Part shown: positions 62,775 through 64,000 of the stretch, in pieces | Numbering within the stretch: the first letter of the stretch is position 1 | Layout of the letters: every line of letters starts with the position of its first letter | Source of the DNA: Candidatus Eiseniibacteriota bacterium | GTDB taxonomy: Bacteria; Eisenbacteria; RBG-16-71-46 | Length of the DNA: 64,000 bases | Direction: 5' to 3' | NCBI GenBank assembly: GCA_963707915.1 | Contig: OY970178.1 | Span: 2,848,001 to 2,912,000 of the forward strand | The notes under the pieces: model-generated | Seen by the model: only the letters and a program-made list of their open reading frames with translations | What the model was told of the DNA's origin: nothing | Database searches by the model: none | Made by a program: the position numbers and the translations under genes

Positions 62775-64000
62775 GTGATGTCTCCCCCCCGGCCGGAGTC
62801 CGTCGCCCGCCCGCCCCGCTTCCTCTCGCGGAGCGAAGGGCTTGCGCTCCTCGCGGTGCTCGCGCTCGGGCTCATCAACCTGCCGCATCCCTTCGACTGG
62901 GACCAGTCGCTGTTCACGCTGGGCGCCGAGCGCCTCGCGTCCGGAAGCGTGCTCTACCGTGACTTCTGGGACGTGAAGCAGCCGGGCATCTACTGGTTCT
63001 ACGCCGTGGCCGGGCGGCTGTTCGGCTTCGACGAACCGGGCATCCATCTCTTCGAGTTGCTGTGGATGACGGGGTTCGCCGTCACGCTGCTCGTGACCCT
63101 GCGCCGCCGCTGGGGGCGGGGGCCGGCGGCCACGCTCGCGCCGCTGTTCGTCGTCGGGGGCTACTACGCCGCCGCGGGGACCCAGCAACTCACCCAGGTC
63201 GAGGGGTTGGTGGGCTTCCCGCTCTACCTGGCGCTGTGGTTCGCCACCGACGGCCCGGACGAGAGGCCCCGCGCGGCCCGCGCCTTCCTCTCGGGCGCGT
63301 GCGGCGCGGTCGTGATGATCTTCAAGCTCGCCTTCCTGCCCCTGGTCGGCCTGTTCTGGCTGATGGCGATGCGGGACGCCGTGCGACGCGGGGGCGGGCG
63401 CCGCGCGCTCGGGAGCCTGGTGCTGCCCGTGAGCCTCGGCGTGGCGCTCCCGCTCGCCCTCGTCCTCGCGTACTTCGCCCGGCACGGACTGCTCGCGACG
63501 CTGGCGTGGACGACCTTCACCGTTCCCGCCGTCCTGCTGTCGCAGGTCCGGGGCCTCCACGCGGACCGGCTGTTCGCCGGGCTGGAGTGGTTCCTGCTGC
63601 GCTTCGCGCCCCTGCTCGGCCTGGCCACGCTCGGGGCGGGCGTGGCACGCGCGCGCCGCGACCCGCTCGGCGCGGGGCTGCTGGCCTGGTTCCTGGCCGG
63701 GCTCCTGATCGTCCTCGCGCAGCGCTGGTCGTGGTGGTCCTACCACTACCTGCTGGTCCTGCCGCCGCTGGGGGTGCTGGGCGCGGCGGGCGCGGGCGCG
63801 CTGTGGACGCGCCTGGACGCGCTCGGCGCGGGCTCGCGGCGCGCGCGCCGGTGGGCCGGCGCCGGGCTCGGCGCGCTCTTCGCCGGTCTGGTCGGCCTCG
63901 CCGCGATGAAGGCCGCGATGCTCGCGCGCCACCGGTTCGCGGTGGCGCCGGCCGACCGGGTCGCCTACATGGAGTTCGTGAACCGGTCCTACCGGGACTT
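62775..64000 (+). CDS. GT-C-fold (ArnT/PMT-like) membrane glycosyltransferase, runs off the window end
   Basis: Read directly from the sequence: DWDQSLF...LYRDFWDVKQPGIYWFY, then many TM helices; not in the ORF track because it has no stop in the window. Confidence 0.7.
   Translation, partial: MMSPPRPESVARPPRFLSRSEGLALLAVLALGLINLPHPFDWDQSLFTLGAERLASGSVLYRDFWDVKQPGIYWFYAVAGRLFGFDEPGIHLFELLWMTGFAVTLLVTLRRRWGRGPAATLAPLFVVGGYYAAAGTQQLTQVEGLVGFPLYLALWFATDGPDERPRAARAFLSGACGAVVMIFKLAFLPLVGLFWLMAMRDAVRRGGGRRALGSLVLPVSLGVALPLALVLAYFARHGLLATLAWTTFTVPAVLLSQVRGLHADRLFAGLEWFLLRFAPLLGLATLGAGVARARRDPLGAGLLAWFLAGLLIVLAQRWSWWSYHYLLVLPPLGVLGAAGAGALWTRLDALGAGSRRARRWAGAGLGALFAGLVGLAAMKAAMLARHRFAVAPADRVAYMEFVNRSYRD

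Overview
A very GC-rich, gene-dense bacterial chromosomal window. C-terminal FlgD-Ig-like and 'SWGxLKxLYR' tails suggest an FCB-related lineage such as Ca. Eisenbacteria (inference). It holds about 58 CDSs and no recognisable rRNA, tRNA, CRISPR array or mobile element. Main blocks: a Kef-type K+ antiporter; a RocB-like peptidase; a complete F0F1 ATP synthase operon with unusual features (AtpI fused to subunit a, signal-peptide-like extension on b, truncated epsilon); an amidase with a small partner; speA; an amrS/YbhB/nitroreductase/M32 run; aqpZ; lhgO; a large GH13; surface-polysaccharide genes; and a TetR-controlled HlyD/ABC-2 efflux operon with a clear palindromic operator. The most interesting locus is an ArcE-like (arginine synthetase/COG2403) gene overlapping an ornithine carbamoyltransferase, with no carbamate kinase in the window and an uncharacterised P-loop kinase-like gene close by. 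Several genes appear to be leaderless (TANNNT-N6-start). Five genes, including atpB and atpD, carry frame breaks explained by single-base insertions, most likely assembly errors. All family calls are by eye from motifs; no searches were run.
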